In this document: piece by piece, positions 1 through 13,392 of the stretch | Layout: the number at the start of each line of letters is the position of its first letter | How positions within the stretch are numbered: the first letter of the stretch is position 1 | Assembly (NCBI RefSeq): GCF_026210795.1 | Contig: NC_089431.1 | Span: forward strand, 2,046,001-2,110,000 | Source of the DNA: Rhizophagus irregularis | Lineage: Eukaryota | Reading direction: 5' to 3' | Length of the DNA stretch: 64,000 nt | The notes under the pieces: model-generated | The model's database searches: none | What the model was told of the DNA's origin: nothing | The model's input: the letters and a program-made list of their open reading frames with translations, nothing else | Translations under genes and position numbers: made by a program

Positions 1-59
1 ATTATTACATATTTGAAAACAACTCTATATTACATTTCGGACGATTCTTTTTTTTTTAG

Positions 60-1282
60 TATGACGAAGTTGAAGCTGAGAGACATTATTTCGAATTTTT
101 CGAAGACGTTCATACGGAATTTCGACAATATGGGACTATTGTGCAATTCAAGGTAATGATTCGATAAGTCTCTTTCATATTGGCCGAATATTAATTTTAT
201 CATATAAAATTCAGGTTTGTAACAATTTTCAATTACATCTACGTGGAAATGTATATGTACAATATTCAAATGAAGATGAGGCAAAACGGGCGATCGAAAA
301 TATCAGAGGAAGATGGTATGCTGGAAAACAGTTATTATGTGAATATTGTCCAGTAACCAAATGGAAACCTGCGATATGCGGTAATTACATATATATTATT
401 AATCATTCTAGTTTGTAATATTTAAATTAATATGTATTTTCGTATTATATTCATCAATATTTTGGGTTTTGAATATCAGGATACTATCAAAGAAACCAAT
501 GTCCAAAAGGAATTCAATGTAATTTTTTACATGTATATAAAAATCCCGGAGGATTATATTCAGATGCAGATAGAGACTTCGAAGATAAACGTTCAGGTTC
601 TTAATTTTTGTGAATCTCAAATTATAAAATACGTTTTATATTAATTTTATGGTTTTTATTGACAGATTTTATTATGGCTATCGAGAATTCTTCTAATATT
701 ACTGTTTCTACAGCTGTAAATAAATCGTTTCCAGAGTCAACTGTTAATTCTACCGAGTCCTCAAAAAGATCTCGATCGTCCAGCTCAGATAGGAGCGATT
801 CACATCACTCTATAGTGAAACGTAATAGTAAAAATTCTCGGCGGAAAAATCGATCGAAATCACGATCGAGATCTCATTCTCGTTCTCCACCTCTGCGATC
901 CAACGACAAATATCGTTATCGTCATAATTACAAGCGTGACAATCGTTATCATAATGAACGTGATGAACACCACCACCACCATCACCACCACCATCGAAGT
1001 CGACATCATAAAAAGAGTGATCGTGATTTAGACGAATCGCGTTCTCACTGGAACCGTCATCGTGGTCATTGGGATAGAAAGCCTGATTATTATGACATGA
1101 ATGTTGATAAAAAAAACAAGAAAGACAGAAATGAAAATGATCGAAAAATACAACGGCGTGATTCAAAACGAGATAATAGAAAAAATTCTAGAACTAATAA
1201 GAATGAGAATCAATCATCTGATGACTCTATTGTCTCTTCTACTTACAATATTAGAGAAAATGGTAAGATTTCTGATGAATAA
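60..1282 (+). CDS. ZRSR2: U2AF35-related splicing factor (ZRSR2/Urp-like), 3' portion; 5' end lies upstream of the window
   Basis: Spliced exons give ...YDEVEAERHYFEFFEDVHTEFRQYGTIVQFK/VCNNFQLHLRGNVYVQY...GRWYAGKQLLCEYCPVTKWKPAICG/YYQRNQCPKGIQCNFLHVYKNPGG: a UHM/RRM plus a CCCH finger with the ZRSR2-type CNFLHVxxNP. This is followed by an RS/His-rich last exon 667-1282. GT-AG introns at ~153-214, ~381-478, 597-666. Confidence 0.85.
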
Positions 1283-1953
1283 TATATATAGTAAATACTG
1301 TCAATGTACTGTATAATATGGAATCACCGAACTTATTCGTTTTGACAATAAAATGTTAAATGTAGTTCATTAAAAATTTGTTACTTGAAAGCGAGTTTAA
1401 TTATTTTTGTATTAAAAAACAAAAGTATATATTCTTTATATTCTTAGTGTCTTTATTGATTAAATATAATATATACAGTATCTACAATATATAATTTCAA
1501 AACAACATTTAAAGAAAGCAATATGAAGAAAGCGTATGTTATTTAGCGAGCCACAATTTTTTTGAAGAAGTTGAGGTTACACAATTCAGATTTACACTTT
1601 ATAAGCCAAAGCATTATTGTCAGGACCATTTTTTTCTTGGATATAAAGAGTATTATTGTATGCATATTGTATTCATCCCACATATGAGACTACAAAAACC
1701 TGAAGAAATATCAGTATCTGATGGATGCTTGTCCAGGTGACCTTGAAAGAATCCAGATCATCCACGAATTTCGAACAGATTTATAATTATAAAGAGTTTC
1801 AGAAAACAGATGTTTGGTACATGCACATATATTATACTTGAATTTATGAGCGCCATCTTAAAATTTGAATGGAGAGATACAATGAAGAAAAAAAGAAATA
1901 TAATGTACCAATAGCTTTTATGATTTTAAAGTTATATATTATTAACCAACAAA

Positions 1954-3564
1954 TCATTCTTTTCTTTTGCCACTATGTCGAAATTTACCAAATTCTTTCA
2001 AACGTGTTTTTCCGTCATAAGAAATTTTTAAAACATTTGATTTATCGAATTTACTCATTCGTCTCAAATACGGTAGCACAAACATAGTAAGATCTTCTTT
2101 ACTATGATTTGTCATAATAAACTCTGTATTTTGTGTGCCAATTGCATCTTTCTCAAAAAGCCGTTGTTTACCGCGTTTTATTGACCAAAGTAGTTCGTTA
2201 TTTTCTCGCATGCTTTGATTAAACTTGAATGAATTGCTGCCCTTATGAATAACAAAACCTTTTTTTGGAGAGTCTTGTATTCGAGAATCTATTAAACCAT
2301 TCATCAGAATCAAACTACAGTTTCTTTTATTGTAATTTTTAGCATATAGTAAATCATAATTGCTAAATACTTCAGATGCACGTGCGAGTTCAGCATCGCT
2401 AGAATATAATTCAAGATAATTTGAAAAAGCCAGTTCACCAAACTTCTCGTAATCAATCTGCATATTGCGAATTATTCTTCTCGGCTTTGAATTTGTTTTT
2501 TTAACTTCAAAAACAAGATCCAGACATTCAAATTGGTCCACTTGATTTTCAAAATTTATATTTTCATTTATAATAGAACGCATTTCAGACATCGTTTCTT
2601 GAGGAAGCTTTACAGACGATCGAGTATTATTAAAAGGCTTTCGAGGAGCATGGAGTAACTTTCCAGCTTTGTTATATCTGTGAGGTGATACGAATGATGG
2701 TATCTTCTCTGTAACTTCCATAAGTGTATAAGCATTTTGTATAGAATTCAGTGCTTGACGAATATCATTTACACCACTTTCGATAACTTGGTCCATAATT
2801 TTCATTACACATTCTCTTTTGATAGCTTCATTTTTGGGAAACTTCAAATTCAAGAATGCTCTGATTCCCCTCTTTAAAAAAGTTGGCGCAACCGGACGAA
2901 ATCTAATATGTGTCACTTTTTTATCTTCAAGAATATCACCATGCACAGTATTGTATACTGTATCAACTAATTTACGTTCTTCATGGTTCCAATCCTCAAT
3001 ATTAATGCTTGTTTCCGTAATTGTCCAAATAATCGGCATTCTTACATCATCTCTTCTCAAATAATTTTTTATTTCTTGAACAAACTTAGATTGTTGTTCT
3101 TTAAAATTTGGAGCATTGGACGTAAATGGTAAATCCTCCAACAATAGAACTTGCGCTCTGAAATTATTTTTCAGGGCTTCTGGTGTCGCAAACCAAACAT
3201 TATCATTGATCCAGTCTTTAAATCTCGTTATTGCTGGTTCATAAAAATCGGGGTGAGAAGAACCTATAGGATATGGATCAAATCTATTTATACAAATATA
3301 AGGCAGCACATTTAATCCCCGAAGTCCATGCTGTTCAGTCTCTTGATTGATAGATTTAATAGCTAAATTAATAGTTGTTGTCTTTCCGCTACCCGGTGGT
3401 CCATTTAGGACAAGCAATTTTTTTTCTAATAAACATTTATCGTTATTTACTCTTTCGAAAATTTGTTTTACAGCGTTTTTAACTTCATAAAACTTTTGTG
3501 GATTTACAGCCAGCTCTTCAACACAATTCGGTTGAAATTCAAGGTACCAATTGCCGGAAGTCAT
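1954..3564 (-). CDS. RAD17: Rad17/Rad24-like checkpoint clamp-loader AAA+ ATPase (divergent, no intron in the coding region)
   Basis: N-terminal WYLEFQPNCVEELAV resembles the Rad17 W..KY.P...ELAV motif. Walker A GPPGSGKTT, LLLEDLP (Rad17-type Walker B region), HIRFRPVAPTFLKR, NDIRQALNSIQ. First ATG at 3564; a probable 5'-UTR intron lies at ~3635-3699. Confidence 0.75.
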   Translation of the reverse strand: MTSGNWYLEFQPNCVEELAVNPQKFYEVKNAVKQIFERVNNDKCLLEKKLLVLNGPPGSGKTTTINLAIKSINQETEQHGLRGLNVLPYICINRFDPYPIGSSHPDFYEPAITRFKDWINDNVWFATPEALKNNFRAQVLLLEDLPFTSNAPNFKEQQSKFVQEIKNYLRRDDVRMPIIWTITETSINIEDWNHEERKLVDTVYNTVHGDILEDKKVTHIRFRPVAPTFLKRGIRAFLNLKFPKNEAIKRECVMKIMDQVIESGVNDIRQALNSIQNAYTLMEVTEKIPSFVSPHRYNKAGKLLHAPRKPFNNTRSSVKLPQETMSEMRSIINENINFENQVDQFECLDLVFEVKKTNSKPRRIIRNMQIDYEKFGELAFSNYLELYSSDAELARASEVFSNYDLLYAKNYNKRNCSLILMNGLIDSRIQDSPKKGFVIHKGSNSFKFNQSMRENNELLWSIKRGKQRLFEKDAIGTQNTEFIMTNHSKEDLTMFVLPYLRRMSKFDKSNVLKISYDGKTRLKEFGKFRHSGKRKE

Positions 3565-4375
3565 TTTTACAGAGCTAAATAAAACTTTCTGTTTATAAAT
3601 AGACGTGTCAAATTCACATGACTGACGCCACACCCTGTTATGAGAATCAAAGTTTTCTAAGCACTAATTAAAATTAGTTTTAAACAAAAGAATAAATACC
3701 TATTAATTAAGAGAAATACTATTCTATTTTTATTTTAATATATGTAAGGCTTGACCTGTCCTATCTAATATTATAAGAGGCCCGATTAAAAGAGAAAATA
3801 CAAAGATAGGGAGAATACTATATATCACATTGGGGATGTGATGTACGGTATCATATAAAAATTTAATATATATTGCGGACGGATCAATTGGAATTTTTGC
3901 CGGATATTTAAAAATTGCAGAGTTTATAATAATTTTTTTTATCATGTAAAATTAATTATATTCGGATTTGAGCTATGTAACGGTTGATTCTTTCTTCTTC
4001 TCATTTAATTATCCGAAAACTTTTAAAATTAGATAATAAATAGTTATATACTTATATTAACATTTGAGCAATACAAATGATTTAAATTAATAAATTATAA
4101 CTTTTAAGAAAGAAATTTTTTTTTCCCTTGTTTAGAAGGATTAATTTATTTTTTGAAAAAAAACTATCTATTTTATGAGAGACAGATATTTAGAGTACTT
4201 TCTCGAAATTTGAAATGAAATTGTCAGAGTTAGAGCTATAAAGTTTGGTTTTTACTAGGAAACTTCTTATAAAGCGAATTTAAACTATAGTAAATTATAG
4301 TTTATTATAGAAAAAATCTCTTAATAAATGATACATAATTTAGTTGATGGAACCCAATATCACGTGATAAAAAAT

Positions 4376-7300
4376 TCATTTTTCTTTTTTAATTTCACTT
4401 AACTTACTAATTAAATTTTTAAAGATTCTTTTACCGGCTTGTAAATTTTTTAAACGTATCCTTTCATTATTTAAATGGGCTTGATCAGTAGATTGTCCCA
4501 TAGGTAAATGTATTGCTACAGCATTAAAATTTCTTTCTAATAATTTTATAGCTGGTATCGAACCGCCTTCTCTTATATACAATGGTTTAACACCCCATTC
4601 CTATTTAATAAAATTTATAATTATAAACAAAAGAGAAATAATAATTAATAATAGTAATAAAAATAAAATAATAAAGAACTTACCTGTTTAATCACTTGTT
4701 CTGCTGCTTTAAAATATTGATTTTTAGGATCTCCTAACCACCAATCTGCCTTATTATTGATTTCAATCTAAAAGATGATAATAACATTATATTGTTTGTT
4801 TAGTTCCAATATTTTTATTCTTGTTTTTTAGGTAAAATAAATAAATAAAATAATAATACTTACGCGTAAATTATTTTTAGTTCTTAATTCACTAAAGATT
4901 TCTTTAACAAATTCTTTAAAACTTTTCACAATATCATCAATATCTTGATCTGGTACAATACGCATACTAACACTAGCTTCAGCTTTACGTGGTATAATTG
5001 TAACATTTTTTGGCCCACTAACATCAATTTTATGTATAGTAAATGACGGGTATCTCCATTTTGACATTAATTTTTCTTTTGTTTCGCTTGATTTACTTGA
5101 AAAAATCAAAAAGACTTATATAAAACGAACGTACATAATAAAAATGAATTCGTTTGAATAAAATTACCTAGGATTTAATTCTAAAATACGTTCATATAAC
5201 TGTTCTTCATAAGATGTAATAGGTCTCACGTTATTATAAAATCCTAAAATTAAAATCAAATAAAATAAATATAAATACGTATGAAATAATTTATAATGAC
5301 TTCCTTTAAATTTTTTTACCTGGAATTAAAACATAATTATCTTCTGATACGAGTTTCGCAAGAACTTGAATCATATCATTTAAAGGTTGCGATACTGCTC
5401 CTCCTTGCATACCAGAATGTAAATCTGATTCTTCGCTAGAAATCTATGTGCAATATATGTAAAAGAGATGCAAAGAACTACTTTTTCGGCATATTGAATT
5501 AATTTATAAAATTTACCTCAATTGTTGCAAGAATCACACCACGGAGCCCATAAGTTAAGCATGGAGTCACATCATCTAACCAATAAGAATTACTATAATA
5601 ATGAAATAACAGAGAACTCAATCAACAATTAATTAATTAGCATACCTAAAAATTCATAATTAATTTAGAATAATTTTTACCTTAGTAAAATAACGTCTAC
5701 TTCACCAATCAAATTCTAAAACAAATACACATATTAATTTTTTGTTGCGTGAAATTTAAAAATTACTTTGTTAAATATTTTTACTTATTTGTTACCTTGA
5801 ATTTTTCCACAGTTTTATCAAATCCTATACTACCATTTTCTTCCTCCCCTTCAATCAAAAATGATACGTTGGCTTTGAGTTTCTTTTCTTGTTGTAATTC
5901 ACTAACTGCACATATAGCCGCAATCATAGGTCCTTTATTATCAGTAACGCCTAATAATAATAATGGAACAAGTAAATAATGTCAATCATTTATATTATAT
6001 AATATTTAAGTTTATAAATGAATATATATTGCCTCGGCCATATAAATATCCATCCTTTGCTATAAATAAAAATAACATTAGAATACAAATATCTTCAGAT
6101 ATTTAAAATACATTAACTATTTATTACCAGTCATTTCAAATGGATTTGTAAACCATTTTGTTTTATCAGCATCAATAACATCATAATGTCCATAAACCAA
6201 AATATTTAACTGTTTATGTTGTTGCTTAAAGTCACTAATTCCATTAAATTTACCAAAAACTAATGGATTTTGACCTGTTGCTATCGGAATCTATGAATAC
6301 AAAGTAGAGTAAAATATTTATACAAACATCTACAGATTATATAAAAAATTTTTCATTTTTTTCATTAACTTACTAATTCTGATTCAGCTCCTAATTGTAT
6401 AAATACATTCTTTAAAAATTTTGCACCTCTAAAACATTCTTCTAAATATTTTGGTTTTCCGCTAACTGTACGTAATAAAATCCACTTTTTAAGAGCATAC
6501 AACATAATATCTAAATAGTATATAACATTCACGTATAAAAATTATGATAATAAAAATTTTCCTATAATTTAGTGTTTTATATTTTACCTGAGGTTTCTGG
6601 AATTATTGCTTCTTGGCAATTATCATCTGTTAAATTTATATCCCAAAACTTCATATCAAAAAAAAAAATATATATTAACCTTTTAACTAAATAGTAGTTA
6701 GTAATCTTATTAAAAATAAATATACTTTGATTAATTGATCATTAGCACCACTAATCAACAATGATTTATTTGGTGATAAAGTTAAAGACAATATAATTCC
6801 AGTATGATCCTTATAAGTATTTAATATTTCAAATGTCTTATTCCATCTCTAAATAAATATTCAAAATATATCAATTAATTTAAAAAAATTAACTATAATA
6901 TTTTTTGAAAATATTATCTTACTTTGATAGTTCCATCAGCTGAACCAGAAAATAAACAGTTATCTCCTGCAGCTAAAGCTAACACATCATCCTAATTTGT
7001 TAAATGCGAGAATAAAAATTTTAAAAGGATCTCTTAATATAAAACAGATAAAAAAAAATCATAATGAACATACATCGTGAGCCATAAGAGATCTGATATG
7101 CTATCAAAAACAAAAATTAAGTAAAATTGACACTTGAATACAAAAAAACAACTCGGTTATATTTTTTTCAACTTACATGATAAGTTTCCAAATCATAAAT
7201 CTTTTGTAAATAATAATAAAATTTTTTTTAATCCTTAAACTTTAATTAAACCAAATTGTAGCTAATAACACAAACCTTAATATCACCACCTTGTGCGCCA

Positions 7301-8736
7301 CAAAATAATAACTCATCTTGTATAGCAAGAGTTAGGATACCAGCATCTGTTCCTTTAAGAACTTTTAAAAGCTCCATAGAATTCTTTGTGATTGACCACA
7401 CCTAGAAAAAATAATGAAGATATTCTATAATTATTTCAATGCAATTAATGCAATTTAAATTTAAAATTTTTTACCTTAACGTCACCATCCCCTGATCCTA
7501 AATTTACAGGAAAAAAATATATATATATTTTCAATAAATATGTTGATAAAAAAAATATATTAACATTATCACTTACCACTTAAAAGAATCCTTCCATCTT
7601 TATTTTCTCCCAATAATAAAGAATATACATACCCATCATGACTATTCATATAAATCATACAATCGTGAACTTCATATCTACAAACATTTTCTTGTTCTGC
7701 ACAAATTTTTGCATCAATTTCCTCTTCTTCGACCGAACTGATTATTTCACACGCATTAGTAGTTGGTGGGATATTATCAAAGAATTTAGAATAGTTGCAT
7801 GAATACGGAAAGTTATGTGTTTGATGATTTTCTTTAGTCGATAAATCGAATCGCTTGATTAAGAAAAAAAAATTTTTTTTTTTACTATAGAAAATACTTG
7901 TACGATTTATTATTTTCAATTAACTTACTAGAATACTTGTGTTCTGACAACCAATATACACTGTATCTAATTCGTCACAATAAACTACCGAAAATAAATC
8001 TCCAACATCGCACACTTGAATAACATAGAGACATTTTAATGTATCTACATCCCACACCTATAACAAAAAATATGAGATATTTAACAATGTAGATAAAAGA
8101 AATATGTAAAAAAAATTGAATTGGGATGGAATAATTACATACTCGAACAGTACAGTCGCCTTCATATAAAAATATACATATATATTCGAGAGTATTAAAA
8201 CGAATATCGATTCAAATCAACATCAATTAAATATAATACAATGTTCTTCTTACCAGATGAGCTAAATAACATTTTTTGATCATTTGAAAGAGTCAAACAT
8301 AAAACACCTCCTAAATGTCCCTTTAATACAGCTTCTTGCTGAAAAGTGATCAAATTCCATATCTAAAATATTTACAAATTTTTAATCAAATTTCTAATGA
8401 TAGTGAAATATCAAATAAATTATTCAATTAACATTTACCTGAATATGAGGACCTTGAGAACCGGTAAATATATATCTGTCAGAACAAGCTAAAGAAAGTA
8501 CGGAATTTTCTCCGTGTGTTATTGTATGACTTGGTTTATTCTCTTGTTTTTGTGGAAAGCGATTTAGGCTGACTGTAAAAGAATAAAAATATGTTAAGTG
8601 GTGAACTATAAATACAAAAAAAAAGAAAGAAAGGTATATTACGTAGTGGTGTGGGACTAGCACTTCGTTGTATTGGAAAGTATTCACTTGGAACGGCGAG
8701 ACCCTCCAGACTTTCCGGATTAGACGTCTGTGACAT
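4376..8736 (-). CDS. DUG2: WD40-repeat + M20 metallopeptidase fusion (Dug2-like di/tripeptidase), many short exons
   Basis: N-terminal WD40 exons (GHLGGVLCLTLS...LFSSSGDCTVRVWD). C-terminal M20 motifs ILVYGHYDVI, YLYGRGVTDNKG, FLIEGEEENGS, DLHSGMQGGAV, IREGGSIP...HLPMGQSTDQAHLNNER. Confidence 0.88.
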
Positions 8737-10079
8737 ATTTATAATTCAAAAAATTAAGGTTTTGTACAATTGGAAAAATTCAGAATTGGACTTCCTTTAT
8801 ATATTCAGCGCTAGCGTCGATCATTTATCAAATTTGCCTTTAAATGGAATTTAATTTTTGATACTAAGAATCGGAAATTTTCATTCAACGTATTGCACCA
8901 TTTAAAATTATTTTGCGAATATCTAAAAGAATATTAAAAATTTAATTTATTACATTCATACAAGTTAATTTTATTAAAATAAAAATTACATATTTTATTA
9001 GACTAAACGATGAAAATACAGTATAAAAGATGTATATGAATATACAAGATATTTGTCATAATATATTTGGTGAATTCTTTATTATTATTCTCATAAAATA
9101 AAGGTAGTCTTCTCGTTGAATGTATTTTTGCAGGCTTTTCAAATCGAATTTTCCAAGAAATAAATGTTGATAAAATAAATGTCAAGGTAATTAATATTAA
9201 TAATGCTATATATACGTATTACATTGCTAATAATGGAATGTGTGAATGTTGGCGCAGTTTGAGAATTCGTTTTAAAGATATCAAAAAGATTTAGTTAAAT
9301 TTTAGTATACTAAAATCGATAACCTAAAATATTATTAAACGAAAAACCTACATGCTGAGAATTATAACGCCGACAATGATCTGAAATCTTTTTTTTTTTA
9401 AAAAAAAGAGAGAGTAAGAAAATAATGAAAAAAATTTATATGGAAACCATTTCAACTAATAAGAAAGTACCATGTAGTGATTTTCAAAGATTTTCGAATT
9501 GTGCTTACTTAGAACCAAATATTATGAACAAAAATAATAATTGAATCCATTTCAGATTAACGTGTATATTTATTTGACGTCAAAAAATTTTAAAGTAAAT
9601 TCAAAATTAAATTTAAGTAAATTCATGAAAATGGTTTATACGAATATAATATAAAAAAAAAAAGAAAGGAAGATTAAAGGGTATGAAGAAGAGAACATAT
9701 ACAAGGCTACAAGCACTTATTTATATAAATTAGTCATCCTTTAAATACGATTGTTTTACAAATTTATATTTTAATTAAAATATTCTCGAATGAACTAAAT
9801 CATTAAAATTTAATCACGTGTAATCACAAGTAAGTTTCACTACTTTCTTCGGCGAGATTTTATCGGATAATTATATATATATATATATATATATATTTTA
9901 AACTAAGTTTTATATAGCGAATATTACGAAGAATTTTTGCTTAGGGACGTCCATTACGTGTTATACAGACTAATTGGCGTCTTAGATGCTTGTCAAATTA
10001 ACAACATAAAGCCACAAAAAAGTTCGTCGATCTTGAGAGGCGAAGTATTTCATAGGAATTTTTTTTTTAATTTTTATAA

Positions 10080-10340
10080 GCCACGAAAAGCATTTAGAGT
10101 AAGGCTATCTTTTTCGTGGCAATCGTGAATAAGCCAACAAAATTTAAATTTGGTAAATAAGCCGCACAAGCCTTTTATGCATAAATGGCTTAGATCGATG
10201 AACGTACGCGTTGGCTTCTCGTTTAAATGGCCACGAAAAGAACAATTTGAGCGATTCTTCGCGATATTAAGCATAGATAATCTATTCCAAGAAAAAAAAA
10301 ATGTGCTAATCTGGTATTCGTTTGAATTGACACGAAAATA
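10080..10340 (+). promoter_or_regulatory. Cluster of SCB-like (CACGAAAA x4) and MCB (ACGCGT) motifs upstream of the secreted-protein gene
   Basis: CACGAAAA at 10082, 10232, 10331; reverse copy TTTTCGTG at 10111; ACGCGT at 10206; TATA box TATATAAA near 10483. Confidence 0.5.
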
Positions 10341-10549
10341 ATATTTTTTCAAAAATGATAAATGTTGAAAATAAGGCTTTTTTTATGAAAATATGGCAAT
10401 GAAAGTTTTATTGCAACGTGTTATTAATTTTTATGGGGATTCAAATAATCTTAATTTAATAAAATTTGAGGTAAAGAGTATCTATATAAACGTGCCGTTT
10501 CTTGCCTTGATTCCTCACTTCACTTGGGGTAATTCAAAAAAAGACCAAA

Positions 10550-11041
10550 ATGAAACTCTCTAATATTCTCTTGCTTAGTGCTTTCTTTGTCGCTTTTCTC
10601 TTCTTCGATTCCGCTACTGGCAAGTTTAAGTTTTCTTGAAGTGATTATTGTCTCAACCACTATTACTAACAAGTATTATTTTTTTAGCTTGTGCTCGTAC
10701 TACCACGACAGTTACGAAAATAACCACTATTCCAACAACAATCACTAAAGCTGTAATAACTTTAATTAAACTTTATTCATTTTAAAAATTAATTTAATTA
10801 TTTTATTTCTATTTTGAAGACTTGCTTGACGATCGGTACAACTACCACTCTTAGCATTACTTCCCCAACAATCATTACCAAATGCACTCCTACACCAACA
10901 TGTACATGTAATCCGCATATTATAGGAGATTGCTGCCGACACCCCGTAACCATCAAAAGTCTTAGCCTTAGTCTTAAAACGATTAAAATTAAAACGCTTG
11001 TACCTGTAACAACGATCTGTGTAAAACCACCAATTTATTAA
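10550..11041 (+). CDS. Small secreted Cys/Thr-rich protein (118 aa, 8 Cys), 3 exons
   Basis: Exons 10550-10619, 10688-10752, 10820-11041 join in frame: MKLSNILLLSAFFVAFLFFDSATACARTTTTVTK...CTPTPTCTCNPHIIGDCCRH...TICVKPPIY. Hydrophobic signal-peptide-like N-terminus. Intron 1 is GC-AG (GCAAGT). Confidence 0.75.
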
Positions 11042-11441
11042 ATATATAATATATACCGATTTTCAAGATGTAAATAATTTCCCTTGGACCTTAAATTTTG
11101 TAAATAATATTATAATATTTGTAGTTTTATATTGTGTATATATCTTTATCCTATAAAACTTTTTTTTCCTTTTGATATATATATATATTAGATTTCTTTT
11201 ATTATTCTTTTTTTTAAATACGAATTGATTTAAAATTCAAAGATTTCAATTGTTTTTTAATAAATTTAGCATTTGATTTTTTTGTAAAATTGTAATAAAA
11301 AACAGTAATACATAATATAGAGCGGTTAAAATGCAATTATTAGCGATAAAATCGATAAAATTATACAAAAAATCATAAAAAAAAATTTTCTGCTATATAT
11401 TTAAAAAATATCCCGCATTTTCTGTATTTTCTATCCAAAAA

Positions 11442-12157
11442 TCAGAATTTACCGTTTTCTTCTTCATCCCTTTTTCTTTTCTTCTGAGCAAATATTATTT
11501 TTATATTATTTAATCCTACTTCATTTTTTTTTAAATAATTCGTAATCTCTAATTGAGTTTGTTCAAGTTCAAGCCATTTACAAATATCTAAAGTAATTTT
11601 CCAATTTTCAATATCATTTTGTTGCCAAGTTGTTGGTAAATATTTTAATAAACCGTCCATCATCTTTGTTAATCCTGTTACTTTGAATTTCTTTGCTAAA
11701 TATGCAATTGTGAATAATTGCTCATTTGTTCTTACATAAACTGGCCAACCGTAGCTATAATGAAAATTATTATTTTTTTATTTTTTATCATAATATAAAT
11801 TTTTTTTTATTTATAATATAATTATAAATTTACTTACAAGTATGATAGAAATTTACCAAATATTTCATAATCATAATAAAATTCAATTTTATCTTTTTCT
11901 TCTTTATACTCTTCTTCTTTATCAATAATATCATACCAATTTTTTATCACTATACGATTATTAATCAAGCAAGAACAATCTATGTAATAATTTCCTTTTT
12001 TCATTTTATCACTCTTATCGAAATATTCCAAAAAATATCCTGATTGATATTTTAATATAACACTGTGTGCAAAATAAATCTTTCCATCTATACGCAATAC
12101 TACATCATATGTATAATGATCATTGAAAAGCTGTTTTAAATTGGTTATTATTTCCAT
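11442..12157 (-). CDS. BTB/POZ-domain protein, 2 exons
   Basis: LKQLFNDHYTYDVVLRIDGKIYFAHSVILKYQSGYF...FGKFLSYF/YG: typical BTB N-terminal motifs. GT-AG intron at ~11755-11837. Confidence 0.75.
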
Positions 12158-12326
12158 ATTTTTTGAAAAATTCAATTGCTAAAAAAAAAAGGTTTCGTAA
12201 TACTACTTACTTTTAAATTATACATTATGCAATTACGTCATCTTAGAACCGTGGTACAAAAAAATTATCTTCATGCGCAACTTGTATAATGAATATCTCT
12301 GTCTCATTTTATGAAAACATTGAAAA

Positions 12327-13392
12327 ATGATTTCTTTCGTAATATATTCATTGTTTATATTCTTGATGTTTCTTATAACAAATACTATAATACTATATTA
12401 TATAATGATTAATAATAATGAAGTTCAATTGAATGAAAGGAAAATATTGCTAATTATATCTCATCCTGATGACGAATGTATGTTTTTTGGTCCTACTTTA
12501 CTTTTTTTACGAAATCGAAAAAATCAAGTTCATTTATTATGTTTATCGATAGGTACTTAATAAATTATTATAAATTGAAAATTATCTTTATCGATATATT
12601 TTTATTAATTATTATTTTTTTCTTTTTTTTTTTATATAGGAAATGAATCGGGGCTGGGGGAGATACGAAGGAATGAACTTGAAAGTAGTTGTATAACACT
12701 TGGAATTGATATTGAAAATATTAATATTATAGATCATCCGTAAGTTTCAAAGTTGAAACCAAAATTTATCTTTATCAATCAAATATAATTTACTTTAATT
12801 TGTTTAAGATCATTACAAGATGGTCCAAAGAATAATTGGGATCCTACTTTAATATCCAATATAATAAATGATTATGTTACAAAACATAAAATTGACATTG
12901 TAAGTATATACCATAATTACTTGTAGTAAACCATATCTTCCTAAATATCAAATTTTGAATAATTTATAGATTATAACTTTTGATGAAAAAGGAGTTTCTT
13001 CTCATCCAAATCATATAGCTGCGTTAAATGGTGCAAGGTAAATATATTATTTTAATTACGTTATCACGAGTGTATCTAATCTCCTTTTTATTTTATTTCT
13101 TAGACATTTTATTCAATCCGTTACCACTTCAAATGATATTATATTATATAAATTATTAACAGTTCCCGTATTAAGAAAATATATATCAATACTTGACCTG
13201 CCTTTAACATATCTATTTAAAAATCGAAACAATTTAAATCATTTAATTTTTATATCCTCTTTTACCAATTTTATACGAGCAAGAAAAGCTATGACATCAC
13301 ATCAATCTCAATTAGTTTGGTTTCGTCATTTATATATTTTGTTTTCCAGGTATATGATGATAAATGAATTACAATTAGTTAACATTAATTAA
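12327..13392 (+). CDS. PIGL: GlcNAc-PI de-N-acetylase (PIG-L/GPI12), 5 exons
   Basis: N-terminal TM segment, ISHPDDECMFFGPT, LQDGPKNNW, ITFDEKGVSSHPNH, AMTSHQSQLVWFRHLYILFSRYMMINEL; stop at 13390-13392. Confidence 0.92.

Noticed and set aside
810..1166. Antisense ORF over the ZRSR2 last exon (also the other shadow ORFs over RAD17, SCC2 and the LINE)
   Set aside because: Shadow frames of real coding sequence with no independent motifs.
7331..7340. GTATCCTAAC on the minus strand as a possible U12 donor in DUG2
   Set aside because: It lies inside a WD40 exon encoding DAGILTLA; the flanking GT-AG sites explain the structure.
9872..9896. (TA)n tract
   Set aside because: Ordinary microsatellite.
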